Shown here: piece after piece, positions 17,336 to 27,443 of the stretch | How the letters are laid out: every line of letters starts with the position of its first letter | How positions within the stretch are numbered: position 1 is the stretch's first letter | From: an uncultured Eubacteriales bacterium | Lineage (GTDB): Bacteria > Bacillota > Clostridia > Christensenellales > Aristaeellaceae | Reading direction: 5' to 3' | Assembly: GCA_902782865.1 (NCBI GenBank) | Contig: CACZOZ010000199.1 | Location: forward strand, 1 to 41,969 | DNA: 41,969 nt | Translations under genes and position numbers: made by a program | Notes under the pieces: generated by a model | Database searches by the model: none | The model's input: only the letters and a program-made list of their open reading frames with translations | What the model was told of the DNA's origin: nothing

Positions 17336-18523
17336 ATGAAGAAGCCTTCCAAATACAGAGACTATACGAGAGAAGAAGTCGAGGAGGAACGGGAGTACGG
17401 CTTTTATCTGTACAGCGGGATCTGGAATATCATTCGTCCCGTGCTGATCCTCCTGTGTTCTTTGCTGCTCGCGGGCGGGATCATGATGAGCGGATACAAT
17501 TATCTTTATCGTCATTATTTCGCTCCCGTCGACGCCTCAGACAGCACTGAGATCGCTTTCAATGTTGTTCAGGGCTCTTCTCTCAGCCGGGTATCAAAGG
17601 ATCTGGAATCCGCCGGGCTCATCGCTTCGTCCACCGTATTTAAGTACTACGCCGATTTTCTCGGATACAGCCAGAAGATCCAGAGCGGTGAGTACCGCCT
17701 GAGGAAAGATATGAACGTAGCCGAGATCGCGGATCAGCTGGCGAGCGGTGACGGCCGGCCGATCGTAAGGAATATCACCGTGATCCCCGGATGGACCGTC
17801 ACCGATATAGCCGATTATCTCGTCAGGGAGCACGCGCTGGAGGATCCGAAAGAGTTCCTGGCCCTTTGCAAAGAGGGCAGTGAATTCGCAGCTTTTTATT
17901 ACATCAAGGATGTTCTCGACATGAAGAGCTCCGGCCGCGTTTATAATCTCGAAGGCTACCTCATGCCGGATACGTATGAGGTCTATGTCACGGCGACTCC
18001 CGCGGATATCATCAAGAAGCTGCTGTCGCAGACCGAGGCTGTCTACACTCAGGAATTCCACGACCGGGCCGATGAGCTCGGTCTGACGATGGATCAGGTC
18101 CTTTCGCTCGCATCTATCATCGAAAAAGAAGCTAAAACACCTGATTTCGCGAAGGTGTCCGCTGTTTTTCACAATCGGATGAGAGCAAATATGCCCCTGG
18201 GCAGTGACGCCACGGTAAAATACGTGACCGGCAGCAAAAAAATGAGCCTGAGCAGCGAGGATCTGAGGACTTCATCGCCGTACAACACGTATATCGTCAG
18301 GGGACTTACTCCCGGGCCGATCTGTTCGCCCTCGGTGGACGCGATCCGCGCCGCGCTCTATCCCGATCAGGCATTCATCCAGGATCAGTATCTGTATTTC
18401 TGCTCAAAAGATCCGTCGACGGGAGAACTGCATTTCAGCAGGACACTGGCGGAGCATGAAGCGGCGGTCCAGATCTACGCGCCGCTCTGGCAGGCTTTCG
18501 ACCGGGAGAGAGGCCTTGAATGA
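17336..18523 (+). CDS. mltG: Endolytic murein transglycosylase MltG (YceG-like)
   Basis: It has an N-terminal TM anchor and a YceG-like domain with 'LASIIEKEA' (catalytic Glu region), 'PYNTY' and 'GLTPGPICSP'. Confidence 0.9.
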   Translation: MKKPSKYRDYTREEVEEEREYGFYLYSGIWNIIRPVLILLCSLLLAGGIMMSGYNYLYRHYFAPVDASDSTEIAFNVVQGSSLSRVSKDLESAGLIASSTVFKYYADFLGYSQKIQSGEYRLRKDMNVAEIADQLASGDGRPIVRNITVIPGWTVTDIADYLVREHALEDPKEFLALCKEGSEFAAFYYIKDVLDMKSSGRVYNLEGYLMPDTYEVYVTATPADIIKKLLSQTEAVYTQEFHDRADELGLTMDQVLSLASIIEKEAKTPDFAKVSAVFHNRMRANMPLGSDATVKYVTGSKKMSLSSEDLRTSSPYNTYIVRGLTPGPICSPSVDAIRAALYPDQAFIQDQYLYFCSKDPSTGELHFSRTLAEHEAAVQIYAPLWQAFDRERGLE

Positions 18524-18533
18524 TATTTATCTC

Positions 18534-18561
18534 TTGACAACTTCCGTCTCCCGTGTATAAT
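18534..18561 (+). promoter_or_regulatory. Near-consensus sigma-A promoter for the ylxM-ffh operon
   Basis: TTGACA (18534-18539) is separated by a 16-nt spacer from TATAAT (18556-18561), directly after the mltG stop. Confidence 0.6.
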
Positions 18562-18589
18562 ACCACCGTAAAGCATTTTTGCTTGACAG

Positions 18590-18985
18590 GTGGCAGCGGT
18601 GAGAGAAGTTTTGTCCGACGAAAGAAAGAATGCTCTTGTGCAGCATCTGGGGTATTACGGCCCGCTGCTGACCGAGACCCAGCGGGAAATGACCCAGCTG
18701 TATGTGGATGAAGATCTGTCCCTTTCGGAGATCGCGTCCCGGTACGCTGTCACCAGGCAAAGCGTATGCGATACGATCCGGAAGGCCGGGAAGATCATGG
18801 ACCAGTACGAAGAAAAGCTCTGCCTGATGTCCCGCTCACAGGAGATCATGTCTATCATCAGAAAAGCGATCACGGCAGCGGACAGGATCGAATGCGCTTC
18901 GGAGCAGGCTGAGGCCGAAAAGACAGCCGTCCTGGAAGCGCTCAGGCAATTGCTCATCAAGGAGGAGACCGATTATGGCGTTTGA
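18590..18985 (+). CDS. ylxM: YlxM (UPF0122) helix-turn-helix protein associated with the SRP operon
   Basis: 'LLTETQREMTQLYVDEDLSLSEIASRYAVTRQSVCDTIRKA' matches the YlxM HTH region, and the gene is immediately upstream of ffh. The start is uncertain: GTG at 18590 or TTG at 18611 (GGTGA lies 8 nt upstream of the latter). Confidence 0.8.
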   Translation: MAAVREVLSDERKNALVQHLGYYGPLLTETQREMTQLYVDEDLSLSEIASRYAVTRQSVCDTIRKAGKIMDQYEEKLCLMSRSQEIMSIIRKAITAADRIECASEQAEAEKTAVLEALRQLLIKEETDYGV

Positions 18986-20306
18986 GAACCTTTCATCAAA
19001 GCTTCAGAACGCGTTCAAGAAGCTGACGGGGAAGGGAAAACTCAATGAGCAGAACATCAAGGACGCGATGAGGGAAGTGCGCATGGCGCTTCTTGAAGCG
19101 GACGTCAACTATCTTGTCGTAAAGGATTTCATCAAGAAAACGACGGAGCGCTGTGTCGGTGCCGAGATCCTGGCCAACCTGAACGCCGGCCAGCAGGTCA
19201 TCAAGATCGTCAATGAGGAACTGATCGCGCTGATGGGCTCCCAGGTCGCGAAACTGACCTGGTCACCTCAGGTGCCGACAGTCTATCTGCTGTGCGGTCT
19301 TCAGGGCGCCGGTAAGACGACCATGGCCGCGAAACTGGCTGTATACCTGACCAAACAGGGCAAGAAACCGATGCTCGCCGCGTGCGATATCTATCGTCCC
19401 GCCGCCATCAAACAGCTTCAGATCGTAGGTGAGCAGGCCGGCGTGCCGGTGTTTGAGAAAGGCACCCAGGATCCTGTCATCACCGCGAAGGAAGCGATCG
19501 AATATGCAAGGTATTACGGCCGCGACGTCCTGATCGTGGATACCGCCGGACGGCTGCATATCGACGACGCTCTCATGGATGAGCTCACCCGCATGAAAGC
19601 CGCCGTGAAACCCCAGGAGATTCTGCTGGTGATCGATTCCATGACCGGTCAGGACGCGGTAACGGTCGCTAAGACTTTCAATGAACAGCTCTCCATCGAC
19701 GGCGTCATACTGACCAAGCTCGACAGCGATACCCGCGGCGGCGCAGCGCTCTCCGTACGCGCGACCACCGGCAAACCGATCAAATTCGCCGGCACGGGCG
19801 AAAAACTGCAGGACCTCGAGCCTTTTTATCCGGATCGGATGGCTTCCAGGATCCTCGGCATGGGCGATATCCTGACCCTGATCGATAAGGCGACGGAAGC
19901 AGCGGCTGCGGGCGATGTCAAGACCGATCTGAGCAAGAAGAGCCCCGCGGACATGAATCTGGAGGATTTCCTCGATCAGCTCCATCAAATGAAAAAGATG
20001 GGCCCCCTGAAGAACATCCTCGGCATGCTGCCCGGTATCGGATCGAGCCTGAAGAATGTCGAGATCGACGAAAACGCGCTGAAAAAACCTGAAGCGATCA
20101 TTCAAAGCATGACGCCGAAGGAAAGAAGGCATCCCGATATCCTCAACGCGTCCCGCAGGAAAAGGATCGCCCAGGGCGCCGGTGTGACGGTACAGGATGT
20201 CAACAAGCTGATGCGTCAGTTCGACGAGATGAAAAAAATGATGAAGCAGATGACCGGGAATAAACGGAACATGATGCGTCAGATGAAGAATTTCAAGCTT
20301 AATTGA
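18975..20306 (+). CDS. ffh: Signal recognition particle protein Ffh
   Basis: 'GLQGAGKTT', 'DTAGR', 'TKLD' and a Met-rich C-terminal M domain are present. AAGGAGG precedes the ATG. Confidence 0.97.
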   Translation: MAFENLSSKLQNAFKKLTGKGKLNEQNIKDAMREVRMALLEADVNYLVVKDFIKKTTERCVGAEILANLNAGQQVIKIVNEELIALMGSQVAKLTWSPQVPTVYLLCGLQGAGKTTMAAKLAVYLTKQGKKPMLAACDIYRPAAIKQLQIVGEQAGVPVFEKGTQDPVITAKEAIEYARYYGRDVLIVDTAGRLHIDDALMDELTRMKAAVKPQEILLVIDSMTGQDAVTVAKTFNEQLSIDGVILTKLDSDTRGGAALSVRATTGKPIKFAGTGEKLQDLEPFYPDRMASRILGMGDILTLIDKATEAAAAGDVKTDLSKKSPADMNLEDFLDQLHQMKKMGPLKNILGMLPGIGSSLKNVEIDENALKKPEAIIQSMTPKERRHPDILNASRRKRIAQGAGVTVQDVNKLMRQFDEMKKMMKQMTGNKRNMMRQMKNFKLN

Positions 20307-20366
20307 CTCGCAGGCAAATCATTCAAAATGATTTCCAAATAAATTATTATTTTCGGAGGCAGAAAA

Positions 20367-20612
20367 ATGGTCAAGATTCGTTTGAAGAGAATGGGCATGA
20401 AGAAGAAACCTTTCTATCGTATCGTCGTCGCTGATGTGAACAGCCCTCGTGACGGCCGCTTTATCGAGGAGATCGGCTACTATGATCCCATGAAGCAGCC
20501 CGCCGAGATCAAGATCGACAACGAAAAAGCTGCTGCCTGGATCAAGAACGGCGCTCAGCCCACCGATACCGTCCGCGTACTCTTGAAGAAATCTGGCGCT
20601 GTCGAGGGTTAA
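20367..20612 (+). CDS. rpsP: 30S ribosomal protein S16
   Basis: '[22 protein letters not shown]' is the canonical S16 N-terminus. Confidence 0.97.
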   Translation: MVKIRLKRMGMKKKPFYRIVVADVNSPRDGRFIEEIGYYDPMKQPAEIKIDNEKAAAWIKNGAQPTDTVRVLLKKSGAVEG

Positions 20613-20632
20613 CGGACCAGAGGGGGATTTTT

Positions 20633-20860
20633 ATGCAGGAACTGTTGCTGTTTTTGGCAAAATCTCTTGTGGATCACCCTGAAGCGGTCGTCGTTACCGA
20701 AACAGAAGGCGCAGAAGCGATCATATTGGAACTCAACGTTGCGCCGGACGATATGGGCAAAGTCATCGGCAAACAGGGAAGGATCGCGAAGGCGATCCGT
20801 ACCGTCGTGAAGGCTGCGACGTCAAGAGGATCAAAACCAGTTTTCGTAGAGATCGAGTAA
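20633..20860 (+). CDS. KH-domain RNA-binding protein (YlqC/UPF0109)
   Basis: The 75-aa protein carries 'GKVIGKQGRIAKAIRTV' (GxxG KH motif). It sits in the conserved position between rpsP and rimM. Confidence 0.85.
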   Translation: MQELLLFLAKSLVDHPEAVVVTETEGAEAIILELNVAPDDMGKVIGKQGRIAKAIRTVVKAATSRGSKPVFVEIE

Positions 20861-20870
20861 TGTCAATGGA

Positions 20871-20904
20871 TGAGCGGTGGCGGTAGATCACCGCTCATTT
20901 TATA
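20871..20904 (+). terminator. Hairpin plus T-tract between the KH gene and rimM (possible internal terminator/attenuator)
   Basis: There is a perfect 9-bp GC-rich stem TGAGCGGTG (20871-20879) / CACCGCTCA (20889-20897) with a 9-nt loop, followed by TTTTAT. Confidence 0.4.
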
Positions 20905-20922
20905 ACAGTTCGGGAGCGTGCG

Positions 20923-21441
20923 ATGGAAAGCAAAGTGTTATTCGGCGAGATCCTCAGGCCGCAGGGAGTGGAGGGGGAAGTCAAAGCCGTGTCGGATCTT
21001 GATGCGTCCGACGGTATCGGCTCGATCCGTGAATTGTTCTTAGAGCTTCACGGCAGGGAAAGCTGTCTTCACGTGCGCTCGATCAGGGACAGGGACGGTT
21101 TCCTGTACATCATGTTCGATGAGATAACGGACAGGGACAAGGCCGAATCACTGCGGGGCGCGAAGCTCAGGGCGTTCAGGGGAGATATCAAACTCGATCC
21201 GAACACCAATTTCCGGGAAGATATCATAGGCTGCACCCTGATCGCGGAAGAAGATCAGTCGATCCTCGGTACGGTCACCGGCATCAGAAAACTGCCTGTC
21301 CACGATGTTTATGAGATCAAAACGCCGTCCGGTGCGGGAATGATCCCGGCGCTGATAAGGATCTTTCCCGAGATCGACGTGGAAAGAAAAACCATCAGAA
21401 CGGTCAAAAAATACTTTCTTGAGTGTTTTGTCGAGCAGTGA
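20923..21441 (+). CDS. rimM: 16S rRNA processing protein RimM
   Basis: The 172-aa size, N-terminus 'GEILRPQGVEGEVK' and PRC-barrel-like C-terminus fit RimM, as does synteny between rpsP/KH and trmD. Confidence 0.9.
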   Translation: MESKVLFGEILRPQGVEGEVKAVSDLDASDGIGSIRELFLELHGRESCLHVRSIRDRDGFLYIMFDEITDRDKAESLRGAKLRAFRGDIKLDPNTNFREDIIGCTLIAEEDQSILGTVTGIRKLPVHDVYEIKTPSGAGMIPALIRIFPEIDVERKTIRTVKKYFLECFVEQ

Positions 21442-21460
21442 CGCTTGACCGGAGGCCGAT

Positions 21461-22180
21461 ATGAAGTTTCATATCCTGACGATCTTTCCTGAGATGTTTG
21501 AGAGCTTTCTTTCCTGCAGTATCATCGGAAGAGCGATGGAGAGCGGGTGCATCTCGGTCGATCTTATCAACATCCGCGATTATTCGTTGAACAAACACCG
21601 CAATACGGACGACTATCCATATGGCGGCGGCGCGGGCATGCTCATGATGGCTCAGCCTATCGCGTCGGCGATCAAAGCCGTCAAAGCCTCGATCGGTGAA
21701 AACGGCGAAAGCACGCCTGTGATCTACATGAGCCCCAAAGGAGCGGTTTTCCGTCAGGAGATCGCCCGCAGTATTTCCGCGCTGGATCATGTTATCCTGT
21801 TATGCGGCCATTATGAGGGCATCGATCAAAGGATCATCGACAAGTATGTGGACATGGAACTGTCCATCGGGGATTATGTGCTCACCGGTGGAGAGGTGGC
21901 GGCGATGGTCGTGATCGACAGCGTCTCAAGACTGATCCCCGGTACGCTCGGCAGTTTCGAAAGCGTACTGGATGAGAGCTTTTCCGACAATAATCTGGAG
22001 TATCCTCAATATACGCGCCCGCGTATATTTGAAGGGATGGCGGTCCCCGAAGTGCTGTTGAACGGCAATCACGCTGAAATACTCAAATGGCGCACACAGC
22101 AGTCCCGTTCGATCACTCAGCAGAGAAGGCCTGATCTTTTGGGCGGCGCTCTGGGAGCAAAGGGAGATGAAAAAGCATGA
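21461..22180 (+). CDS. trmD: tRNA (guanine37-N1)-methyltransferase TrmD
   Basis: 'ILTIFPEMF', 'GGGAGM', 'CGHYEGIDQR' and 'SIGDYVLTGGE' are present. Confidence 0.95.
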   Translation: MKFHILTIFPEMFESFLSCSIIGRAMESGCISVDLINIRDYSLNKHRNTDDYPYGGGAGMLMMAQPIASAIKAVKASIGENGESTPVIYMSPKGAVFRQEIARSISALDHVILLCGHYEGIDQRIIDKYVDMELSIGDYVLTGGEVAAMVVIDSVSRLIPGTLGSFESVLDESFSDNNLEYPQYTRPRIFEGMAVPEVLLNGNHAEILKWRTQQSRSITQQRRPDLLGGALGAKGDEKA

Positions 22181-23181
22181 ATCCCCGGGAGACACAGGAA
22201 CATTTTGAGGAGATCCTGCTGTCGCCGTCCGCGGCAAAAAGCGTCGACAGCAAAGGGCGTGAAAGGCCCATTCCGGACTGTCCCATGCGGACCTGCTATC
22301 AGAGGGACAGGGACCGGATCCTTCACTGCAAGTCTTTTCGTCGGCTGAAGTTCAAGACCCAGGTATTCATTTCGCCCGAGGGAGATCATTACAGGACCAG
22401 ACTCACCCATACCCTGGAGGTGACACAGGTAGCCAGGACCATAGCCCGCTGCCTGCGTCTCAACGAAGATCTGACCGAAGCGATCGGGCTCGGGCATGAT
22501 CTGGGTCACACCCCCTTCGGCCACACCGGTGAAAGATCCCTCAACAAACTGATGGAAGGCGGGTTCAGGCATAACGAGCAGAGCCTGCGTATCGTCGAAC
22601 ACCTTGAAAACGATGGGGAAGGCCTCAACCTGACCTGGGAAGTCAGAGACGGGATCCTGAACCACTCCGGGGAAAAGCAGCCGATGACTCTTGAGGGCCA
22701 GTGCGTCGCCAGGGCGGACCGCATCGCGTACATCAATCATGATATCGACGACGCCATCAGGGCGGGCGTTCTCAAACCGTTCGAGCTGCCCGAGAACTGT
22801 GTCCGTATCCTCGGCAGGACTCACGGCGAAAGGATCAATACGATGATCGCGGATATCGTCGAGCAAAGCGCCGGCAGGGACCGCATCCTGATGAGCGAAA
22901 CGGTACAGGAAGCCACGGATGAGCTGCGTGCTTTCCTCTTTAAAAATGTTTATATGGATTCCTGGCGCGATGACGAGGAAAGAAAATGCGGTCACCTGAT
23001 CAATTCCCTGTTTGCCTATTTTTGCGAGCATCCGGAACGCATGCCCAATGAGCATATCCAGACCGCTTATAAAGAAGGCACCGAGCGCGGCGTGGCCGAT
23101 TATATCGCGTGCATGACAGACCGTTATGCGCTGCGCACTTACCGCGAAGCGTTCATGCCGGACAGCTTTCCCGTATTTTAG
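22177..23181 (+). CDS. dgt: dGTP triphosphohydrolase-like HD-domain protein
   Basis: 'YQRDRDRILH', 'RTRLTHTLEV' and 'GLGHDLGHTPFGH' are present. Its ATG overlaps the trmD stop (ATGA). It lies upstream of dnaG-rpoD, as in many Firmicutes. Confidence 0.9.
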   Translation: MNPRETQEHFEEILLSPSAAKSVDSKGRERPIPDCPMRTCYQRDRDRILHCKSFRRLKFKTQVFISPEGDHYRTRLTHTLEVTQVARTIARCLRLNEDLTEAIGLGHDLGHTPFGHTGERSLNKLMEGGFRHNEQSLRIVEHLENDGEGLNLTWEVRDGILNHSGEKQPMTLEGQCVARADRIAYINHDIDDAIRAGVLKPFELPENCVRILGRTHGERINTMIADIVEQSAGRDRILMSETVQEATDELRAFLFKNVYMDSWRDDEERKCGHLINSLFAYFCEHPERMPNEHIQTAYKEGTERGVADYIACMTDRYALRTYREAFMPDSFPVF

Positions 23182-23236
23182 TATTTCTCTGCAGGAGAAA
23201 GCTGTTTTAAGCAGAATCAGAAAACGGGTGATGTGA

Positions 23237-24982
23237 ATGGCTTATGTCCGGTATCCAAGACAGTGGCTGGAAGAATTGAATTCCCGCGCTGACATCGTGC
23301 AGATCGTTTCAGAGCATGTCCAGTTAAAGAAAAACGGCGCGAACTATATGGGTTTGTGCCCTTTTCATCATGAGAAGACCGCGTCTTTTTCCGTCAATCC
23401 TACCCTTAATGTATATCACTGTTTCGGATGCAAAGCCGGCGGAAATCTGATCGGCTTTGTGATGAATATCGATCATCTTTCTTTTCAGGAAGCGGTGGAG
23501 TACCTGGCTGACAGGTATCACATGGACCTGCCTGAGCAGAAGGATGATCCGCTGTATGAACAGCGGAAGCAATTGACGGAACGTGTCTACGCCGCCAATA
23601 AGGAAGCGGCAAAGTTCTATCACAGCGTGCTGTGGACCGACAGGGGAAGGCCGATGCTGAATTATCTGTATTCACGCGGTCTCAACGATCAGACGATCAG
23701 GAAATTCGGCCTGGGGGCCAGCACGAATGACAGGAAGCTCCTGTTCGACCATCTTTCCGGCCTCGGTTTTACAGGAGAGGATATGCAGTCCGCGGGGCTG
23801 ATCGTATCAAAGGACGGCCAGTCGAGGGACATGTTCATCAACAGGGCTCTGTTTCCCATCATCGATCTGTACGGTAGGGTGCTTGGATTTGGCGGACGCG
23901 CCTCGGAGCCCGATGTAAAACCCAAGTATATCAACACATCCGATACGGTCGTGTTCAATAAAAGAAAGGGCGTTTTCGCGGCAAACCTGCTTAAAAAGCA
24001 GACGAAATTAAGCAGGATCATCCTGGTGGAAGGATATCTTGACGTCATTTCCCTGACCCAGTACGGGATCGGCGGCGTGGTCGCCACCCTGGGAACGGCC
24101 CTGACGATCGAGCAGGTACGGCTCCTCAAAAGATTCGCACCCGAGATATGGCTGGCGTACGACGGAGATGAGGCGGGCCAGCACGCGATCGAACGCGGGA
24201 TCGGCCTGTGCAGGCAGGAAGATATGGAGGCCAAAGTCCTGTTTTTCCCGGACGGGCAGGATCCCGACGAGTTCATCAGGAGCCACGGGGCGGAGGGATT
24301 CAATGCTCTTTCGCCGATCAAAGCTGTTGCCTATCAGCTGATGCGCGTCGAAAAAGAGTGCGATATGGGTTCTGACGACGGGCGGATCGAGTACGCAAAA
24401 AAGGCCTCGGCCGTCCTGCGGGTCCTGCGGGATCCCGTGGAACTGGAATACTACCAAAAAAGGATCGCCGAAAAGAGCGGGTTTTCCCTGGAATCGATAC
24501 GATCGCAGGTCAATGTACAGCCGGGAGCGGATCAGCCTGAAAAGAATCACGTCAGCACACCCTCCAGGGCATCTGTCAGCGACGCGCTCCGGTCGGAAAA
24601 GATCCTTTTTGCCCTTCTGGCGATGGGCCTGCTGCCGGGGGGGACGATCAAACCGGATGACCTTGATCATCCCGTCCTGGTGAGAGCGGCCGGTGAGATA
24701 CTGAACGGAAAAACGCTGGATGAAGTGCTTAACGAGACCGAACTCGACGCGGAAAAGCAGCTCCTGACCGAAACGGCCGCGATACTGACCAGCGATGAAC
24801 TGGATGATCCTTCCCGTACGGCGGACGAGTGCCTCAGGATCCTGAACGGAGAAAAGCTGAAAAAAGAATTATCAGAATATAAAAACAAACTTCAGCAGGA
24901 AAATGATGAAAGTACAAGAAAATACTTATTGGGAAAGATAACGGAACTGAGACGCCTGATATCCAATCCCGACCATCGTTAA
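23237..24982 (+). CDS. dnaG: DNA primase
   Basis: The zinc ribbon 'CPFHHEKTASF...YHCFGC' and TOPRIM motifs 'LVEGYLDV' and 'DGDEAG' are present. Confidence 0.95.
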   Translation: MAYVRYPRQWLEELNSRADIVQIVSEHVQLKKNGANYMGLCPFHHEKTASFSVNPTLNVYHCFGCKAGGNLIGFVMNIDHLSFQEAVEYLADRYHMDLPEQKDDPLYEQRKQLTERVYAANKEAAKFYHSVLWTDRGRPMLNYLYSRGLNDQTIRKFGLGASTNDRKLLFDHLSGLGFTGEDMQSAGLIVSKDGQSRDMFINRALFPIIDLYGRVLGFGGRASEPDVKPKYINTSDTVVFNKRKGVFAANLLKKQTKLSRIILVEGYLDVISLTQYGIGGVVATLGTALTIEQVRLLKRFAPEIWLAYDGDEAGQHAIERGIGLCRQEDMEAKVLFFPDGQDPDEFIRSHGAEGFNALSPIKAVAYQLMRVEKECDMGSDDGRIEYAKKASAVLRVLRDPVELEYYQKRIAEKSGFSLESIRSQVNVQPGADQPEKNHVSTPSRASVSDALRSEKILFALLAMGLLPGGTIKPDDLDHPVLVRAAGEILNGKTLDEVLNETELDAEKQLLTETAAILTSDELDDPSRTADECLRILNGEKLKKELSEYKNKLQQENDESTRKYLLGKITELRRLISNPDHR

Positions 24983-24991
24983 GGAGGATAT

Positions 24992-26083
24992 ATGGAAGAT
25001 AAAAGCATCAGCAAATTCAATCAAAAAATCGAGGAATTACTTGAACTGGCAAAGGCGAAGAATTCTCTGACTTATGAGGAGATCATCAACAGCCTTTCCA
25101 AGATGGATATAGATCCGGATCAGTTCGATAATGTTTTGGATGAGCTGGAGAAAAAAGGCATCGCGATCATCAAGGACAATCAGATCATGGACGGCCCCGA
25201 CAGCCTCCCGGAGCCCATGAAAGAGGACGATGATCTTTCCATACCGGAAGGCGTGAGCATTGACGATCCTGTCAGGATGTACCTGAAGGATATCGGCCGT
25301 GTGCCGCTCCTGACCGCGAACGAGGAGATCGACCTGGCTCAGCGGATGGAACAGGGGGATACGGAAGCCAAGAAACAATTGGTCGAAGCCAATCTGCGGC
25401 TGGTGGTGTCGATCGCGAAACGGTACGTCGGGCGCGGGATGCTTTTTCTTGATCTGATCCAGGAAGGGAATCTGGGCCTGATCAAAGCGGTAGACAAATT
25501 CGATTACCGCAAAGGGTACAAGTTTTCGACCTACGCCACCTGGTGGATACGTCAGGCGATCACAAGAGCGATCGCCGACCAGGCCCGCACGATCCGCATC
25601 CCCGTGCACATGGTCGAAACGATCAATAAGCTGGTAAGGGTATCCAGACAGCTCCTTCAGGAATACGGCAGGGAGCCTACTCCGGCGGAGATCGCCAAAG
25701 CCATGGGGTTGAGTGAGAACAAGGTCCGTGAGATCATGAAGATCGCGCAGGAACCGGTCTCGCTGGAGACGCCGATAGGGGAGGAAGAGGACAGCCACCT
25801 GGGCGATTTTATCGAGGACGAAGCTGCGCCCGCCCCCGCGGAAGCTGCCTCCCACGCCCTGATGAAGGAACAGCTCCTGGAGGTCCTGGATACACTGACG
25901 CCCCGGGAAGAAAAGGTCCTGCGCCTGAGATTTGGCCTGGATGACGGGCATCAGCGTACTTTGGAGGAAGTGGGGAAGGAATTCAAGGTGACCCGTGAGA
26001 GGATCAGGCAGATCGAAGCGAAAGCGCTTCGGAAACTCCGCCATCCGAGCAGAAGCAAGAAACTTCGTGACTATCTGGATTGA
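24992..26083 (+). CDS. rpoD: Primary RNA polymerase sigma factor (SigA/RpoD)
   Basis: Region 2 'IAKRY...[48 protein letters not shown]' and region 4 '[20 protein letters not shown]' are present. Confidence 0.97.
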   Translation: MEDKSISKFNQKIEELLELAKAKNSLTYEEIINSLSKMDIDPDQFDNVLDELEKKGIAIIKDNQIMDGPDSLPEPMKEDDDLSIPEGVSIDDPVRMYLKDIGRVPLLTANEEIDLAQRMEQGDTEAKKQLVEANLRLVVSIAKRYVGRGMLFLDLIQEGNLGLIKAVDKFDYRKGYKFSTYATWWIRQAITRAIADQARTIRIPVHMVETINKLVRVSRQLLQEYGREPTPAEIAKAMGLSENKVREIMKIAQEPVSLETPIGEEEDSHLGDFIEDEAAPAPAEAASHALMKEQLLEVLDTLTPREEKVLRLRFGLDDGHQRTLEEVGKEFKVTRERIRQIEAKALRKLRHPSRSKKLRDYLD

Positions 26084-26724
26084 TGACTGAAAAAAACGTC
26101 GGAACTGAAACGAGACTGGCCGAACTGGTCAAAGCGTGCCCCGAATGTGATATCATCGCGGATATCGGTACGGATCACGGAAAAACCGCGCTGAAGCTGA
26201 TCGACAGTCATAAGTGCCGTCATGTGATCGCTACCGATATCAGCCGCGTTTCCCTTGAAAAGGCGGAATCGCTTTTCAGGAAACAGGGAAGGGGAGACTG
26301 CGCAACATTCCTTCCTGGTGACGGTCTTCAGCCGATCCTGGAGAATGCATCGGTCGGGGCGGCGGTCATCAGCGGGATCGGCGGAGAAACGATCTCCGGG
26401 TTTTTGAGGCGGGATCTTCCTCTTGCTGTGATACCGGAATTGATCATATCTCCGCAGACCGATGTACCGCTGGTCAGAAAGACCCTTTATGGCTGCGGCT
26501 ATCACATCACAAGGGAGAGGGTCATAGAATCCAAAAGGAGGTTTTATCATATCATCAACGCCCAAACGGGCGTTAGACCGATGCCCGATGAGGAAGAGAT
26601 CGCGTTCGGCAATGTGGAGCCCTATACGGACGCTGATGTTTATGAACGCTATCGCTCGTGGTTGAATAAAGTGCTTGGAAAGATCCCGGATGAATACCGG
26701 ACCGGGTTTCTGAAGGCCCGATGA
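26083..26724 (+). CDS. trmK: tRNA (adenine22-N1)-methyltransferase TrmK-like
   Basis: 'ADIGTDHG', 'GDGL' and 'ISGIGGE' match the TrmK/YqfN pattern. The ATG shares one nt with the rpoD stop (TGATG); the track ORF starts at a TTG at 26080. Confidence 0.8.
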   Translation: MTEKNVGTETRLAELVKACPECDIIADIGTDHGKTALKLIDSHKCRHVIATDISRVSLEKAESLFRKQGRGDCATFLPGDGLQPILENASVGAAVISGIGGETISGFLRRDLPLAVIPELIISPQTDVPLVRKTLYGCGYHITRERVIESKRRFYHIINAQTGVRPMPDEEEIAFGNVEPYTDADVYERYRSWLNKVLGKIPDEYRTGFLKAR

Positions 26725-26741
26725 ACGATGAGGAGGGTTTT

Positions 26742-27443
26742 ATGGATCAATTGAAAATGCTTTGGGAGTACCAGAAAACCGACATGGCTGTCGACAGGCT
26801 CAGAAAAAGCCTTCTTAACTCTCCGGAGCGCAAACGCCTGGTGCAGCTGAAGGATAAAATGAAGACCCAGAAGGCTTTGATCGAGCAGATCGACGAGGAT
26901 ATCTCCATGATGGCCGACCGGCTGGACGCGCTGCAGGATGCCGTGAAGCGCAACAGCGATCAGACAAAGATCCTGCATGGCAAGATCGAGAAAACGCAGG
27001 ATCAGCTTGCGGCGATAACTTCCCTGATCGGTGAAGTCAAGCGGGCCCAAAGCGTGCTCAATACCTATGAGAGCGAGATCAAGAGCATACGCAGCAATAC
27101 CTCGGATAAAGAAAAAGAGCAGATCGACAGCAAAAAGCGTTTCGTCAAACTGAGGAATGAGTACGAGGCGCTGAAAGTCGTATATGACGAAGCTGTCCAG
27201 AAATGCAACGAGCAGCTGGAATCCATGAAAGCGACGGTCGATCAGAAAGCGGAAGGGATATCGCCCGAACTGCTGGAAAGATATCGTGTCATCAAACTGC
27301 ATACCGATCCGCCCCTGGCGCGGCTCATCGGTTCCCAGTGCGGAGGCTGCAACATGTCCCTTCCCAGCGCCGTCGTCAGACAGGTGAAGAACGGGCAGTT
27401 CATAGAATGCGAGACCTGCGGCCGGCTGCTGATCCCGGTCTGA
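26742..27443 (+). CDS. Coiled-coil protein with C-terminal C4 zinc ribbon (COG1579/DUF164 type)
   Basis: The long heptad-like region ends in 'CGGCNMSLP...CETCGRLL'. I chose the ATG at 26742 because GGAGGG lies 5 nt upstream; the track ORF begins at 26721. Confidence 0.75.
   Translation: MDQLKMLWEYQKTDMAVDRLRKSLLNSPERKRLVQLKDKMKTQKALIEQIDEDISMMADRLDALQDAVKRNSDQTKILHGKIEKTQDQLAAITSLIGEVKRAQSVLNTYESEIKSIRSNTSDKEKEQIDSKKRFVKLRNEYEALKVVYDEAVQKCNEQLESMKATVDQKAEGISPELLERYRVIKLHTDPPLARLIGSQCGGCNMSLPSAVVRQVKNGQFIECETCGRLLIPV

Noticed and set aside
20315-20333. The AT-only hairpin AAATCAT-TCAAA-ATGATTT in the ffh-rpsP gap.
   Set aside because: The 7-bp A/T stem is too weak to call a terminator or a regulatory structure from sequence alone.
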